64,000 bases of DNA from a virus (IMGVR_UViG_2599185271_000005:4861-68860), one strand, 5' to 3'; positions 46,282 through 56,023 are shown, numbered from the stretch's first letter. The notes: generated by a model from the sequence alone, not told the origin. Program-made: numbers and translations.

Positions 46282-46677
46282 ATGCCACTTTTCGGCACGC
46301 AAGAGATCACGACGGCCCTTACCGGTGAGGTGGTGGCGACCAAGACCGGCTTCACGGGCAAGTCGTGGGTCGCATTCGAGCTGATCTTCACATACGGGTC
46401 CGGCGGCACCGATGTGGATGTCGACATGGAGACCTCGCTGGACGAGGGCTCGACGTGGATCAAGATCGCCCGCTTTAACGAGACCACGAGCACAGACCGG
46501 GCCTACATGACGTGTCTGGCAGCGGCGGCCGTCTCCAGCGCGGTGAGCATCAGCGCTGCACCCTCAGACAACACCGCTCGCTCCGGCATTCTCGGTGATC
46601 GCCTGCGGATGGTCGTGACGTCGACCGGCACCTACGCCGGCAGCACGTCCGTCCGGGTCAACTATTTCTCCGGCTGA
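46282..46677 (+). CDS. Minor tail/structural protein
   Basis: Beta-rich 131 aa ORF in the tail module. Confidence 0.7.
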   Translation: MPLFGTQEITTALTGEVVATKTGFTGKSWVAFELIFTYGSGGTDVDVDMETSLDEGSTWIKIARFNETTSTDRAYMTCLAAAAVSSAVSISAAPSDNTARSGILGDRLRMVVTSTGTYAGSTSVRVNYFSG

Positions 46678-46680
46678 CCG

Positions 46681-47559
46681 ATGGCGAATGTCCTCATGCT
46701 CGGGCCAGACCTCGGGCAAGCCACATACTTCTCGCCGTCGTATTCCAGCGACGTCGGCTTGTGGCTGCCCGACCGCCCACTGTCGAACCTGTCGACGGAT
46801 CGCCGGGCGCACGAGGCGTGGTCGCTCGATCTGACGACGGACTCCACGCAGCTCCTGCTGGATCTCGGCACTCAGCGATCGATCAAGGGCGCCGCCCTTC
46901 CGTGGCACAACTTCAGCGCCGCCGCGACCGTCTCCCTCTACGTCTACGAGGATGCGGCCCTGACCGAGCTCAAGGGCAGCATCGTCGACAGCCTGGTCTA
47001 TCGAGAGGTCTACCCGCTGGACTCGGTGCTCTGGGAAGACGCTGAGCTGTGGGACGGCAAGCTGACGGCAGAGAACCGCGCCATCTTCCCCGTGCCGTGG
47101 TTCGAGATCTTCGGAACGCCCGTCATCGGCCGCTATGTCCTGGTGCAGATCAACGACACCGGAAACGCTGAGGGCAGGCTGAAGCTCAGCCGCCTGATTG
47201 TGGCGGCCGGTTACCAGCCGACCCTGAACGCTTGGTACGGGTCAAACATCAGCGCGGAGGACGCCTCAATCCGGGTCACGTCCCTGGGCGGTGCTGACTA
47301 CTACGATGAGCGCGAGAAGCGCCGGCGGATCACCTTCGAATTCGGCCTCACGCCCGAAGACGAAGCGATGGCCAACATGCTCGACCAGATCTACACGCTG
47401 GGCAATTCGCAGCAGGTATTCGTCGCTTGGGACCCGGACGACACGACGCACCGGCACCGCCGGTCCTTCCCGGCCACCATCGATCGCATCGACCCTCTGG
47501 TGGCCGCTACCTACGGCTATTTCCGCACGACCTATCAGTTCCGCGAAGTCGTCGCATAG
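46681..47559 (+). CDS. Minor tail protein
   Basis: PLSNL, HNFS..A, RY..VQI.D..N, SLGGA.Y..R.KRR. Confidence 0.8.
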   Translation: MANVLMLGPDLGQATYFSPSYSSDVGLWLPDRPLSNLSTDRRAHEAWSLDLTTDSTQLLLDLGTQRSIKGAALPWHNFSAAATVSLYVYEDAALTELKGSIVDSLVYREVYPLDSVLWEDAELWDGKLTAENRAIFPVPWFEIFGTPVIGRYVLVQINDTGNAEGRLKLSRLIVAAGYQPTLNAWYGSNISAEDASIRVTSLGGADYYDEREKRRRITFEFGLTPEDEAMANMLDQIYTLGNSQQVFVAWDPDDTTHRHRRSFPATIDRIDPLVAATYGYFRTTYQFREVVA

Positions 47560-47571
47560 CAGGAGAAACCG

Positions 47572-48519
47572 ATGACGATCGTACTCGACGGCGTTACCTT
47601 CCAGGATTCCGATTGGGTCAACCGCGGGCACCTGACGACCATCACGGTCAACGGCCAGAGCTATCAGCGCTGGGAGGGCATGTGGCAGGCCGGTATCCGG
47701 GAGCTCAACACGCGGATCACCGGTGTCGGCTCCACCCTGACCGCGACCTCCACGACGTCTGAAACAATCGGGGCCGGATCAAAGGCGCTGACGATCCAGG
47801 CAAGCAAGGGCTTCGCCGCCGGCAACATCATCACCGCGTTCCAGACGGGCACGCCGACCAATTACATGACCGGCACCGTCGACAGCTACGACAGCGGCAC
47901 CGGCGCGCTTGCTTTCACCGTAGCAGCCGGTGACTTCGGGGGCTCTGGCACGATTGCCGCGTGGACGGTGACCATCTCCGGTAAGACGGGGGCGACAGGA
48001 ACCGTTTCGGCGGCCGGTGACGGCACCATCGGCGCCCCTGGCATGTCCTGGGCGAACGACCCGGACACGGGCTTCACCCGCACGGCGACCGGAGAGACCT
48101 CATACTCCGCTGACGGCAGTAAGATCCTCGACTTCGGCCCGAACGGGCTGACGATGAACGACAAGCCGGTGATCAAACCAGCAGCCGCCACATCGAGCAT
48201 CACCCACGACTCGTCTGGCGCACTCACCTTCAACCTCGCCAACGGCAACGATTTTGTCGTCACGGTCTCGGCCGATATCACGGACATTGACTTCACGAAT
48301 GTTCCGTCTGGCCTGTCTTTGGTCGTCTCCGTTGAGTTCATCAATGGTGGAACCGCATCGGTCACCTGGGAGAGCACGGGCAGCACGGCGATCCGAGCGG
48401 CAGGCGGTACCGCGCCGACGCTGACGGAGAGCGGCACAGATGTCGTCCAGTTCCTCCTCCGCCCCTCCGGCGCCCCGATCATCACCTCAGTCGCCCTCGA
48501 CGTTCAGGACATCGCGTAA
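47572..48519 (+). CDS. Tail fibre/spike protein
   Basis: ATSTTS.TIG.GSK, YMTGTVDSYDSGTG.L, GDGTIGAPG.S...DPDTG, APTLT.SGTD. Confidence 0.8.
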   Translation: MTIVLDGVTFQDSDWVNRGHLTTITVNGQSYQRWEGMWQAGIRELNTRITGVGSTLTATSTTSETIGAGSKALTIQASKGFAAGNIITAFQTGTPTNYMTGTVDSYDSGTGALAFTVAAGDFGGSGTIAAWTVTISGKTGATGTVSAAGDGTIGAPGMSWANDPDTGFTRTATGETSYSADGSKILDFGPNGLTMNDKPVIKPAAATSSITHDSSGALTFNLANGNDFVVTVSADITDIDFTNVPSGLSLVVSVEFINGGTASVTWESTGSTAIRAAGGTAPTLTESGTDVVQFLLRPSGAPIITSVALDVQDIA

Positions 48520-50621
48520 TGACCTATCCGTTCAACTGTCTCGCAGTTCCGGTTGCTGGCAACGTCTCACCTGTCGGCATCGACCTCGACGGGGTGAATG
48601 ACTACGGGTCGCGGGGGAGCGATCTGGTCGGGAATGCGGATGGGAAGACGTTTACGTTCTCAGTTTGGATATACGCCGATGACACATTCTTTTATGTGCT
48701 ATCCGGTAAAAACAGCGGGAACGACAGATTTGAGTTTCGCACATTCTCTGGGCGCATGCGCTTTGTGGCACGGAATGCGGCGGGCTCCACAATTCTATCA
48801 GTAGACGCTGAGGCTGCACTCACACAAAACACTTTTCAGCACCACCTGATAAGTGTCGACCTGACTAATTCCAGTAACCGCCACTGGTACGTGGATGACA
48901 GGGCCACGTCCCCAACCTGGAATACGTACTCAAACGACGACATTGATTTTACGTGCGACGCTCACGGGATTGGTGCTGAGGCTACAGGGGGGAACAAACT
49001 AAAGGGCCGTCTCGCTGGGCTCTATCTCGACTACACATACCGCGACCTATCCGTCGAAGCGAACCGCCGCGACTTCATCACCGCTGACGGTTTCTACGTA
49101 AAGCCGCCGACAACGGGGATCTTATCCCTCCCGATGGATGACCCGACCGACCCATATCGCAACGACGGTACGGGCGGCACGATTACCGCGAATGGAACTG
49201 TCGCACGGAGCGGGCGCGGGCCGAACCAGTACAATCCGGCGGCGAGCACGTTTGATGGGTCGGCGGATAACCTTTCAACGACAAGCATTTCAGGTCTATC
49301 AGATGGCAAGGCAATAACGCTCGTTTTTACATTCAAGAGAGCAAGCCTCGGGAACCACATGGTTTTCGATATCGGGGGAAGTTATTTTTCCGTTGGATTC
49401 ACATCAACCCAGATAAATATTCAGGGATTCAACTCATCGACGGTATTGATATTAGCTGCTGCCTGTACTGTAAGCCCAATTGCGGTGGCTGGCAGATACG
49501 GAACGATAGCAATATCTCTGGACCTGTCTAACCCCTCGAACAGGCAGGTGCTTATCGACGGTGAAGCCGCTGCCGTCTCTTGGAACACATACACTAACGA
49601 CACGTTTGACCTTACAAGGTCTGATTATCGAGTGGGAGGGCAGGTAAGTGGCTCTCAGTATTACCACGGAGAACTCTCCGACGTCTGGTTCGATGACGCC
49701 TATCACGCCGACCTGTCGGGCTTCTTCGACACCGCCACCGGCAAGGCGAAAGACCTGGGCGCCAACGGCGAGCTTCCGACCGGTACGGCCCCGACAGCCT
49801 ACTGGCCGCTGAACGCCGCCGACCCTGGCCGCGATGCGTCGGGCAACGGCAACACGCTGACGGTGAATAGCGGGCCGTATCCCGGTGGAAGAGGTCCAAA
49901 CGAATACTGGGCGGGGAGTATGCAGGGGAACGGAACCACACAGTTCCTCAAGCGCACTTCCGCCCTCAACGGCGCGGCTGCAAGCGGTATTTTCTCGGTG
50001 GTCTGGGCGATAGTCCGCAACACGTCGGCGGGCGGCCGCATCTTCCACTTGAACGACAGCAGCACGGGCGGAGAGTTCTATATCGAGTTCGGATCGACCG
50101 GCACTCTTGCGGTCATTGGCAAGAACAGCGCCGACACAACGATCTTCAACCTCAACAAGGCGACGCTGTCGTCTTCTGGGGTATGGGAGATTTACCATCT
50201 CTGCATAGACCTATCGAGCACCAGCCTTCGCCACCTTTACAAAGACAGTGCGGCGGTCGGCACAATCACATGGAACAACTATGCCGATGACGCGATAGAT
50301 TTTTCGGTCGATATCGCAGCGGTCGGCGGAGCGGCACTTTCCGCGTCGGCAAGCGATTGGTGGCCCGGAAAAATCGGGTTCTTCGCGTTCTATCCCGGCC
50401 AGTACATCGACTTCTCCCAAGAGGCGAACCGGCTGCTTACGGTCGATGCGTTTGGCTATCCCGTCTATCTCGGAGAGCGGGGAGAGCTTCCGACCGGCAT
50501 CCCGCCCGCGCTGTACCTGAACCGGAATTTCCACCTGGGCACGGACTCGTCCGGCAACGGGAACAACTTCACACCGCAGAACGGCCCTGTCGATGGCGGG
50601 TCTGTGAGAGGGGACGAATGA
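48519..50621 (+). CDS. Receptor-binding protein with three LamG/ConA-like repeats
   Basis: Three ~210 aa repeats (TFSVW/TLVFT/SVVWA; ISVDL/ISLDL/LCIDL; WNTY.ND/WNNY.DD; GELPTG). Confidence 0.8.
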   Translation: MTYPFNCLAVPVAGNVSPVGIDLDGVNDYGSRGSDLVGNADGKTFTFSVWIYADDTFFYVLSGKNSGNDRFEFRTFSGRMRFVARNAAGSTILSVDAEAALTQNTFQHHLISVDLTNSSNRHWYVDDRATSPTWNTYSNDDIDFTCDAHGIGAEATGGNKLKGRLAGLYLDYTYRDLSVEANRRDFITADGFYVKPPTTGILSLPMDDPTDPYRNDGTGGTITANGTVARSGRGPNQYNPAASTFDGSADNLSTTSISGLSDGKAITLVFTFKRASLGNHMVFDIGGSYFSVGFTSTQINIQGFNSSTVLILAAACTVSPIAVAGRYGTIAISLDLSNPSNRQVLIDGEAAAVSWNTYTNDTFDLTRSDYRVGGQVSGSQYYHGELSDVWFDDAYHADLSGFFDTATGKAKDLGANGELPTGTAPTAYWPLNAADPGRDASGNGNTLTVNSGPYPGGRGPNEYWAGSMQGNGTTQFLKRTSALNGAAASGIFSVVWAIVRNTSAGGRIFHLNDSSTGGEFYIEFGSTGTLAVIGKNSADTTIFNLNKATLSSSGVWEIYHLCIDLSSTSLRHLYKDSAAVGTITWNNYADDAIDFSVDIAAVGGAALSASASDWWPGKIGFFAFYPGQYIDFSQEANRLLTVDAFGYPVYLGERGELPTGIPPALYLNRNFHLGTDSSGNGNNFTPQNGPVDGGSVRGDE

Positions 50622-50720
50622 TGGCATCAGATTATTTCTGCGAATTCGAGCGTGAGACCGACGCCATACTGCGGCCGGCCCGATCAATTCCGGAAGGCAA
50701 ACGAATGGACGGTACCGCTT

Positions 50721-51104
50721 TCACTTTCGTCGCATTTGTATCCGCAGACGGATTGTCAGCTTCGATATCTGCCACGACATATTCTCCGCATCCGTCACCG
50801 AGAGTTTCCCGGGCGGATATGTGATCCGGACGTCAAATATGGTGTCGAGCGGCCCAAGAAGCGCGGCTTGAACCATCTGTGGAGTGATTGCGCCTGAGAG
50901 ATCGTCCCCGAACTTCGGGATAAGAATGTCGCCGGGCCGGAGGGGCTCTCCGGTGTCACCGCTCTTAAAAAGCGCCGCGGTCAGGCGGTTCCCCTCTCGA
51001 AACTGCTTCTTCATGAACGGCGACCATCTGAAGTCTGGGCTGCCGTGCACCTCGATGATCACGTCATCGACCGAAATCGAAGTATCAAACTCCACCCGCT
51101 CCAT
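50721..51104 (-). CDS. Moron hypothetical protein
   Basis: GGAGGG RBS; opposite strand in the tail region. Confidence 0.55.
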   Translation of the reverse strand: MERVEFDTSISVDDVIIEVHGSPDFRWSPFMKKQFREGNRLTAALFKSGDTGEPLRPGDILIPKFGDDLSGAITPQMVQAALLGPLDTIFDVRITYPPGKLSVTDAENMSWQISKLTIRLRIQMRRK

Positions 51105-51157
51105 ATGCCCCTCCTGGTTGAAAGGAGGATCAGTTCCAATCGTTGGAGAGTCAACGC

Positions 51158-51826
51158 ATGGCCGACTTTTACGCTCACGTCGTGGAGGGTGAAATCCTCC
51201 GCATCAATATCCGTGCCGGCACGACCTTCCAGGGATGGACGCCCGGCCCGAACGCCACCGACGCCGACTATCGGGCGCACGATCTGTGGCCGATCACCGG
51301 GACGCGGCCGGCCGGAACGCAGTGGCAGCGTGTCACCGGGCCGGTCTACGTAGCCGACACCGAGACCGAGACGGTGGAGCGGCAATACACGGTGACCGAC
51401 TTCACTTTGGCCGAACGCAAGGAGGTGATGCGAGCGGCCATTAACGAGGAGCGGGACCGGCGGATCTACCTGCCGATAGATGCGGTTGACATCAAGGGTG
51501 ATGGGTCCGTGATGGTAGAGCCGGATATACGCAATACCCGCGACGAGGCGAACCTGATCGCGCTGTCTCTGCGGGCCACACAGTTGGCCGCCGCGGAGAT
51601 CACCGATCCCGTCATGCCGTTCGGTGCGGCGGACAACATCGAGTACATGCTGACTCCAACGGAGATGATCGCGGTCGCGGCGGCGCCGTTCACCCGGGCG
51701 TCCGGGTTGTTTGTGCGGGCTCGTGCGTTGAAGGATGCGGTTGAAGATGCGGCGGATGGCGCCGACCTGGATCTGATCGACATCGCCGCCGGCAGCATCG
51801 ACAGCTCTGGCTCCTGGCCCAGCTAG
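51158..51826 (+). CDS. Tail fibre assembly-associated protein (DUF4376-like)
   Basis: INEERDRRI, ADN...LT..EM, RARALKDAV..A, C-terminal WP. Confidence 0.75.
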   Translation: MADFYAHVVEGEILRINIRAGTTFQGWTPGPNATDADYRAHDLWPITGTRPAGTQWQRVTGPVYVADTETETVERQYTVTDFTLAERKEVMRAAINEERDRRIYLPIDAVDIKGDGSVMVEPDIRNTRDEANLIALSLRATQLAAAEITDPVMPFGAADNIEYMLTPTEMIAVAAAPFTRASGLFVRARALKDAVEDAADGADLDLIDIAAGSIDSSGSWPS

Positions 51827-52239
51827 TCGCACCATCCCCGACGGGCGCCGCCATCGTAAACCCGAGCGAGCCCGGCCCGGACCAGCACAGTGCCCAGGTC
51901 TCGACCATCCGGCAGCGCTACATGGGCGTCGATGCGGCCACCGTACTTGTCCCAGCCGATCACATCGACGGTCACGACCTCCTCGCCCTTGAGCGCTGAC
52001 AGCACGAAGTCGCGGGCGGCACGGGCGTGAACCTTCTCGCGCTCGCACTTGCCGCGGATCTCGGGTGCGTCGATGCCCATCACCCTGATCGACATGCGCT
52101 GCAGGGATTCCGGCAGGCTCGGCACCAGGACATACAGGGTATCTGCATCGTAAGCCGCCGGTGACCGCAGCTTCACCGTCCACGGCTCTGCCACCGCCGG
52201 AGCGGCTATCAGGCACAGCAGGATCAGTAGATATCGCAT
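51823..52239 (-). CDS. Thermonuclease (SNase) family protein with signal peptide
   Basis: YDADTL, IRVMGIDAPE, DKYGGR, L..LVRAGLARVY; hydrophobic N-terminus. Confidence 0.92.
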   Translation of the reverse strand: MRYLLILLCLIAAPAVAEPWTVKLRSPAAYDADTLYVLVPSLPESLQRMSIRVMGIDAPEIRGKCEREKVHARAARDFVLSALKGEEVVTVDVIGWDKYGGRIDAHVALPDGRDLGTVLVRAGLARVYDGGARRGWCD

Positions 52240-52298
52240 AGCGAGAAGATCGGCCGCCCGGCCGGGAAGATCAAGCACTGACCTCTGGGGAGAGGCCG

Positions 52299-52652
52299 AT
52301 GACGTTTGAGGCATTGTGGGAGCTGCTGCGCTGGGGGGCAATCCCGCTTGGCGGTTTACTCATCTGGTGGGTCCGTGATCTGCGAGACCGCCAACGCCAC
52401 CAGGTGGAGCGGCTGCACGAGAAGATCGAAGCGGAAGCCCGCGCCCGCCATGCGGAGTCCGAGGCCTGCCGGCGCGAGCATCGAGAGGCGATCAAGACGC
52501 TCCACGATGATCTGAACTCCTGGAAGCTGGACGCGGCATCACGGTTCGCGTCAGCCGCTCACATGGAGCGGGGCTTCGAAAAGCTCGAGGCTGCGATCAC
52601 CGGCCTGGGCGCTCGCCTGGAGCGGTGGATCGAAGGCCGCCGGGACCTGTAG
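52299..52652 (+). CDS. Holin-like / membrane-anchored coiled-coil lysis protein
   Basis: Single N-terminal TM followed by coiled coil; precedes the endolysin. Confidence 0.6.
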   Translation: MTFEALWELLRWGAIPLGGLLIWWVRDLRDRQRHQVERLHEKIEAEARARHAESEACRREHREAIKTLHDDLNSWKLDAASRFASAAHMERGFEKLEAAITGLGARLERWIEGRRDL

Positions 52653-52674
52653 CACCACCACATCGGAGCGCGTC

Positions 52675-53250
52675 ATGCTGCCCAGCATCGACTGGAGTTT
52701 CATCGAGCCCCTGGAGGGTTTCGAGACGACCGGCTATGTCCCGGTCTCCGGCGGCGCCCCGCTGGGTATGTCGGGCGTCACAATCGGGTCCGGCGTGGAT
52801 CTCGGTCACTGGACGGTGGAGCAGCTCCGCCGCCGGCGCGTGCCGCAGCACATCATCGATGCGGTGGGTCCGTATCTCGGCATCCGTGGCTGGCCGGCGC
52901 TCCAGCTTGCCCGCGACCGGCCGTTGATCCTCTCTCCCGACGACGCCCGCATGCTGACCGACTGCATCCGCGGTGACATCGTCGATGCGGTCAAGAGCCG
53001 CTACGACAGCGCCGCCAAGGCCGCCGGCTCTCTGCGGTGGAACGCCCTGCCGGAGCCCTGCCGCACGGTGGTGACGTCGGTGGCATTCCAATACGGCCCG
53101 GCGCTCTCCTCGAGAACCCCGAACTTCTGGCGGCAGGTCACCGACGGCCGGTGGGCCGAGGCTCACGCGAATCTCATGAATTTCGGCGACGCCTATGAAA
53201 CCCGCCGCCGGAAGGAAGCCGACCACCTGGCACCGGTCCTGGTGCCCTAA
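52675..53250 (+). CDS. Endolysin, pesticin C-terminal-like muramidase
   Basis: IDWSFI..LEG....GYVP, SGVTIGSGVDLG, SVAFQYG..TPNFW, NFGDAYETRR.KEA. Confidence 0.92.
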   Translation: MLPSIDWSFIEPLEGFETTGYVPVSGGAPLGMSGVTIGSGVDLGHWTVEQLRRRRVPQHIIDAVGPYLGIRGWPALQLARDRPLILSPDDARMLTDCIRGDIVDAVKSRYDSAAKAAGSLRWNALPEPCRTVVTSVAFQYGPALSSRTPNFWRQVTDGRWAEAHANLMNFGDAYETRRRKEADHLAPVLVP

Positions 53251-53267
53251 ACACCCTGGAGGACATC

Positions 53268-53483
53268 ATGAAGAAGGTGCTTCTGGCCGCCGTCCTGGCG
53301 GCCGGCCTGCAAGGCTGCGCGGGCATTGCTGCTATCCCGCCGGCGGTTCATGTGGGCGTTGCCGCAGTCGGAGCCGTGCGCGCCGCTTACTGCCTGGGCA
53401 TCACCGAGCAGGGTAAGCAGCAGGCCCGTGACCTGATGACTGCCGGCGAGCAGGTCATCTACTGCGAGTCCGGCGATGAGTGA
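53268..53483 (+). CDS. Small lipoprotein
   Basis: GGAGG RBS; lipobox LQGC after the signal peptide. Confidence 0.75.
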   Translation: MKKVLLAAVLAAGLQGCAGIAAIPPAVHVGVAAVGAVRAAYCLGITEQGKQQARDLMTAGEQVIYCESGDE

Positions 53484-53646
53484 CGTGATCGCCCGCGCGA
53501 AGGCGTGGATGGCCGCCAACCCGGGCAAGGCTACGGCCGGCGGTCTGGCTCTCGTGGCAGCGTGTGGCGGCGCGGTCTCTCCCGAAATCCGGGACTGGCT
53601 GCTCTCTGTCGCACCGATCATCAACTCGGTGATCTTCGGGGGCTGA
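53476..53646 (+). CDS. Small membrane protein, holin candidate (56 aa)
   Basis: MSDVIARAKAWMAANPGKATAGGLALVAACGGAVSPEIRDWLLSVAPIINSVIFGG. Confidence 0.55.
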   Translation: MSDVIARAKAWMAANPGKATAGGLALVAACGGAVSPEIRDWLLSVAPIINSVIFGG

Positions 53647-53650
53647 CGTC

Positions 53651-54028
53651 GTGGAGCGCTTCCCCGACGAACTCGTCCTCAGAAAGCTGAACGGATCAGA
53701 GTGGGAGGTGCAAGCGCGCTTCCGCTATTGGTCCGCTCGGCTGCTGTGGTGGATCGAGGTGCCGGCCGGCTTCACCACTGATCTCGCCAGCATCCCCTGG
53801 TTCGGCCGCTGGTACGTCTCCGTCGACGGCGACCACACCAAGGCCGCCGTCGTTCACGACTACCTCTACACCCGGGCCAGCGCTGCCACCTTCCCGAGCC
53901 TCACCCGCCGTGAAGCCGACCGCGTCTTCCGCGAGGCACTCCGCCTGCGCGGTGTCGGCCCCATCAAGACATGGATCATGTACGCCGCCGTAAGAATCGG
54001 CGGGGGAAGGATGTACCGTGACGAGTAG
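53651..54028 (+). CDS. DUF1353 family protein
   Basis: VPAGFTTDLASIP, AAVVHDYLY, READRVF.EA, MYAAVRIGG. Confidence 0.93.
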   Translation: MERFPDELVLRKLNGSEWEVQARFRYWSARLLWWIEVPAGFTTDLASIPWFGRWYVSVDGDHTKAAVVHDYLYTRASAATFPSLTRREADRVFREALRLRGVGPIKTWIMYAAVRIGGGRMYRDE

Positions 54029-54725
54029 ACTTTACAGCCAGGCCGACGGCGAGGAGCCGCGGGGCATCGAGGCGCGGTTCCTGGAGCACATCGAGCGCGA
54101 AGGGTTGCGAGAGTTCGGGGTGGTGCCGTCGCTGACCAACGATCGCCAGCGGCTCAAGGAGCTGCACGGCGGCTCCCCAGGCTTCCCCGGGTGGCTGCCG
54201 ACTGCCGAGGGCGGTGCTGCCGGCTTCTGGGTCGACTGGCGGGACGACAGCGGCCGGACGCGAGCCACCGGTGGAGCGCTGCTCTACTCGACGGCGCCGG
54301 CCGATCTGTGCGAGTTCGTCAACGACGCCCACGGCATGGATGCTGCTGGCCACGAGATCCGGCTGGAAGGTGATGCAGCGCGGGAAGCAGCGAGGATCCG
54401 CGGGCCGGTGGTCTTCTCCGGCAACTTGGCGGTGTTCGACCCCGCCGACCGTGGCAAGGACGGATCAGGCCTGTCGAAGTGGCTGCTGCCGATCACGCCG
54501 CTCATGAACAAGGCGCTGGCCAACGGTCTGTGGGGCGAGCCAGCGGCATACGTGACGATCCTCCGGGATGTGCAGGTCGACCACCTCCAGCCGCACTATC
54601 GCCTGCCTACGCTGGCCGCTGGTGTCAGATGGCAAGTCCCTGGCCAGCAGGATCCAGTGCTCGGCCATCTCGGCGTGCAGTCACCCGATCACCTGCGGCA
54701 GGCGCTGACGGCTGCCCTATGCTGA
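54018..54725 (+). CDS. Putative GNAT/acyltransferase-fold protein; paralog of 4817..5596
   Basis: IRLEGDA..IRGPVVFSGNLAVFDPADRGKDG aligns with MRLEGDA..IMGTVGFTGDAWVSRDNRGG. Confidence 0.55.
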   Translation: MTSRLYSQADGEEPRGIEARFLEHIEREGLREFGVVPSLTNDRQRLKELHGGSPGFPGWLPTAEGGAAGFWVDWRDDSGRTRATGGALLYSTAPADLCEFVNDAHGMDAAGHEIRLEGDAAREAARIRGPVVFSGNLAVFDPADRGKDGSGLSKWLLPITPLMNKALANGLWGEPAAYVTILRDVQVDHLQPHYRLPTLAAGVRWQVPGQQDPVLGHLGVQSPDHLRQALTAALC

Positions 54726-55266
54726 CGACATGGGCGCCCGACGGCAGCATCAGCGCGGCGTAGGACACCAGCCCAGATCGACCAGGAAGGCGGCCGGCGC
54801 ACGACATGAAGCTCGGCCGACCCGACATACGAACAGCCAAGGCCCGGCTGTAGACAAAGCGGCCATACTCCGGCGTAGGCGCATCTACGACAGGCGCTCC
54901 CACCGTGCCGGGGTTCAGGACTGACAGCCTCTCGCCCACGCGGCTATAGACTGCTGTCGAGTTCGAAAAGTCGATGACCGCGTATCTCCGGTCCTCGCAA
55001 ATCTCCCCCAGACTATCGACCACGTCCTCGCCGGCATCCCAGCGCCGGAAGGCCTCCATCTGCGATCGCGACGCATACTTCGTGAACAGCGCCATGATGT
55101 CGTTGCCCACGAAAGGTTCGGCCACGCGCTCAGGCGTCACCAGATCCTTGGCGGTGTCGAAGACGACCTCTTCGACAGCCCTGCAGGCGACCCATGTTGC
55201 CGCGGCCAGGCCTACGGTCACGAACCGGCGGCTGAGGCGCGGTGCACTCTCAGTGTGCTGCGTCAT
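54625..55266 (-). CDS. Putative PAS-like domain protein; paralog of 4210..4944
   Basis: DAPTPEYGRFVYSR..GRPS..CAG..YAALMLP..VVS; GGAGG RBS; N-terminal SRRFVTVGLAAA. Confidence 0.6.
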   Translation of the reverse strand: MTQHTESAPRLSRRFVTVGLAAATWVACRAVEEVVFDTAKDLVTPERVAEPFVGNDIMALFTKYASRSQMEAFRRWDAGEDVVDSLGEICEDRRYAVIDFSNSTAVYSRVGERLSVLNPGTVGAPVVDAPTPEYGRFVYSRALAVRMSGRPSFMSCAGRLPGRSGLVSYAALMLPSGAHVVSIGQPSAPAAGDRVTARRDGRALDPAGQGLAI

Positions 55267-55526
55267 TCCTCCAACCCTCTGTCTCCCGCCTCTGCAAACG
55301 GGACTAAGATACCAATCGGCTCGCCAATTCGATGCAGTCCGCTGTGAGACCGCCTTTCAATACCAATGCAACGATAAACAACGCCGTCGATCTCGACTTC
55401 ATTGTCGATTAAATGAGAAAAATCATATGTGTCGCGGTCTAGAAAAGTCGTAAACGTCACGCCACGGCCTTTAGTGGGTATAACGTCTATCGAGTTGAAT
55501 GTTGGTCGGCTAAGCATCTCGGGCAT
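55263..55526 (-). CDS. Hypothetical protein
   Basis: 87 aa, operon-coupled. Confidence 0.65.
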   Translation of the reverse strand: MPEMLSRPTFNSIDVIPTKGRGVTFTTFLDRDTYDFSHLIDNEVEIDGVVYRCIGIERRSHSGLHRIGEPIGILVPFAEAGDRGLEE

Positions 55527-55776
55527 CCTTACGGAATAGGGCTTGCCACTGCTCGGCGGTTATCGGCCCAGCATCGTCGGTAATCGTAAAGCCAGAAGCC
55601 GTGAGAAGCATTTCAGTCCTGATGCGTCGCGCTTCACGAAACGCTTCTACCATTTGATCGGGCGGCAACGGTGACAGATCTGGATCACAACGCATCATCG
55701 CCGCGGCGTGCCGCAGCCGCATGGAATCCCTGAGGTGGATCTCGGCGCAGCAACAGTCGATTTCATGCTGTTCCAT
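55510..55776 (-). CDS. Hypothetical protein
   Basis: MEQHEID..., preceded by the GACATAGGGGCA motif. Confidence 0.6.
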   Translation of the reverse strand: MEQHEIDCCCAEIHLRDSMRLRHAAAMMRCDPDLSPLPPDQMVEAFREARRIRTEMLLTASGFTITDDAGPITAEQWQALFRKDARDA

Positions 55777-55787
55777 GCTCGCTGCCC

Positions 55788-56009
55788 CTATGTCAGTCGG
55801 CTCTCGTGGAAGGCCGCCCATTGAGCGATCGCCTCGCTGAGATCTTTCGCGGCCTGGATGTCCTCGCGGTTATCTCGCCGCCACACATGCCCGAAAGCGG
55901 CGGTCTTGCCTTCGCGATGGGCGCGCATCTCCAACACCAGATTAAAATCAAAGCGTTCGAGTAGTTCCAGCCGGCCGCTCCCATCTGCATTGCGATACAG
56001 CGTTCTCAT
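55788..56009 (-). CDS. Hypothetical protein
   Basis: MRTLYRNADGSG... Confidence 0.6.
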   Translation of the reverse strand: MRTLYRNADGSGRLELLERFDFNLVLEMRAHREGKTAAFGHVWRRDNREDIQAAKDLSEAIAQWAAFHESRLT

Positions 56010-56023
56010 GGCCCTTCGATCCC

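Noticed and set aside
48519-51826. Diversity-generating retroelement acting on the tail fibre
   Set aside because: No reverse transcriptase ORF and no TR/VR pair differing at adenines seen in the window
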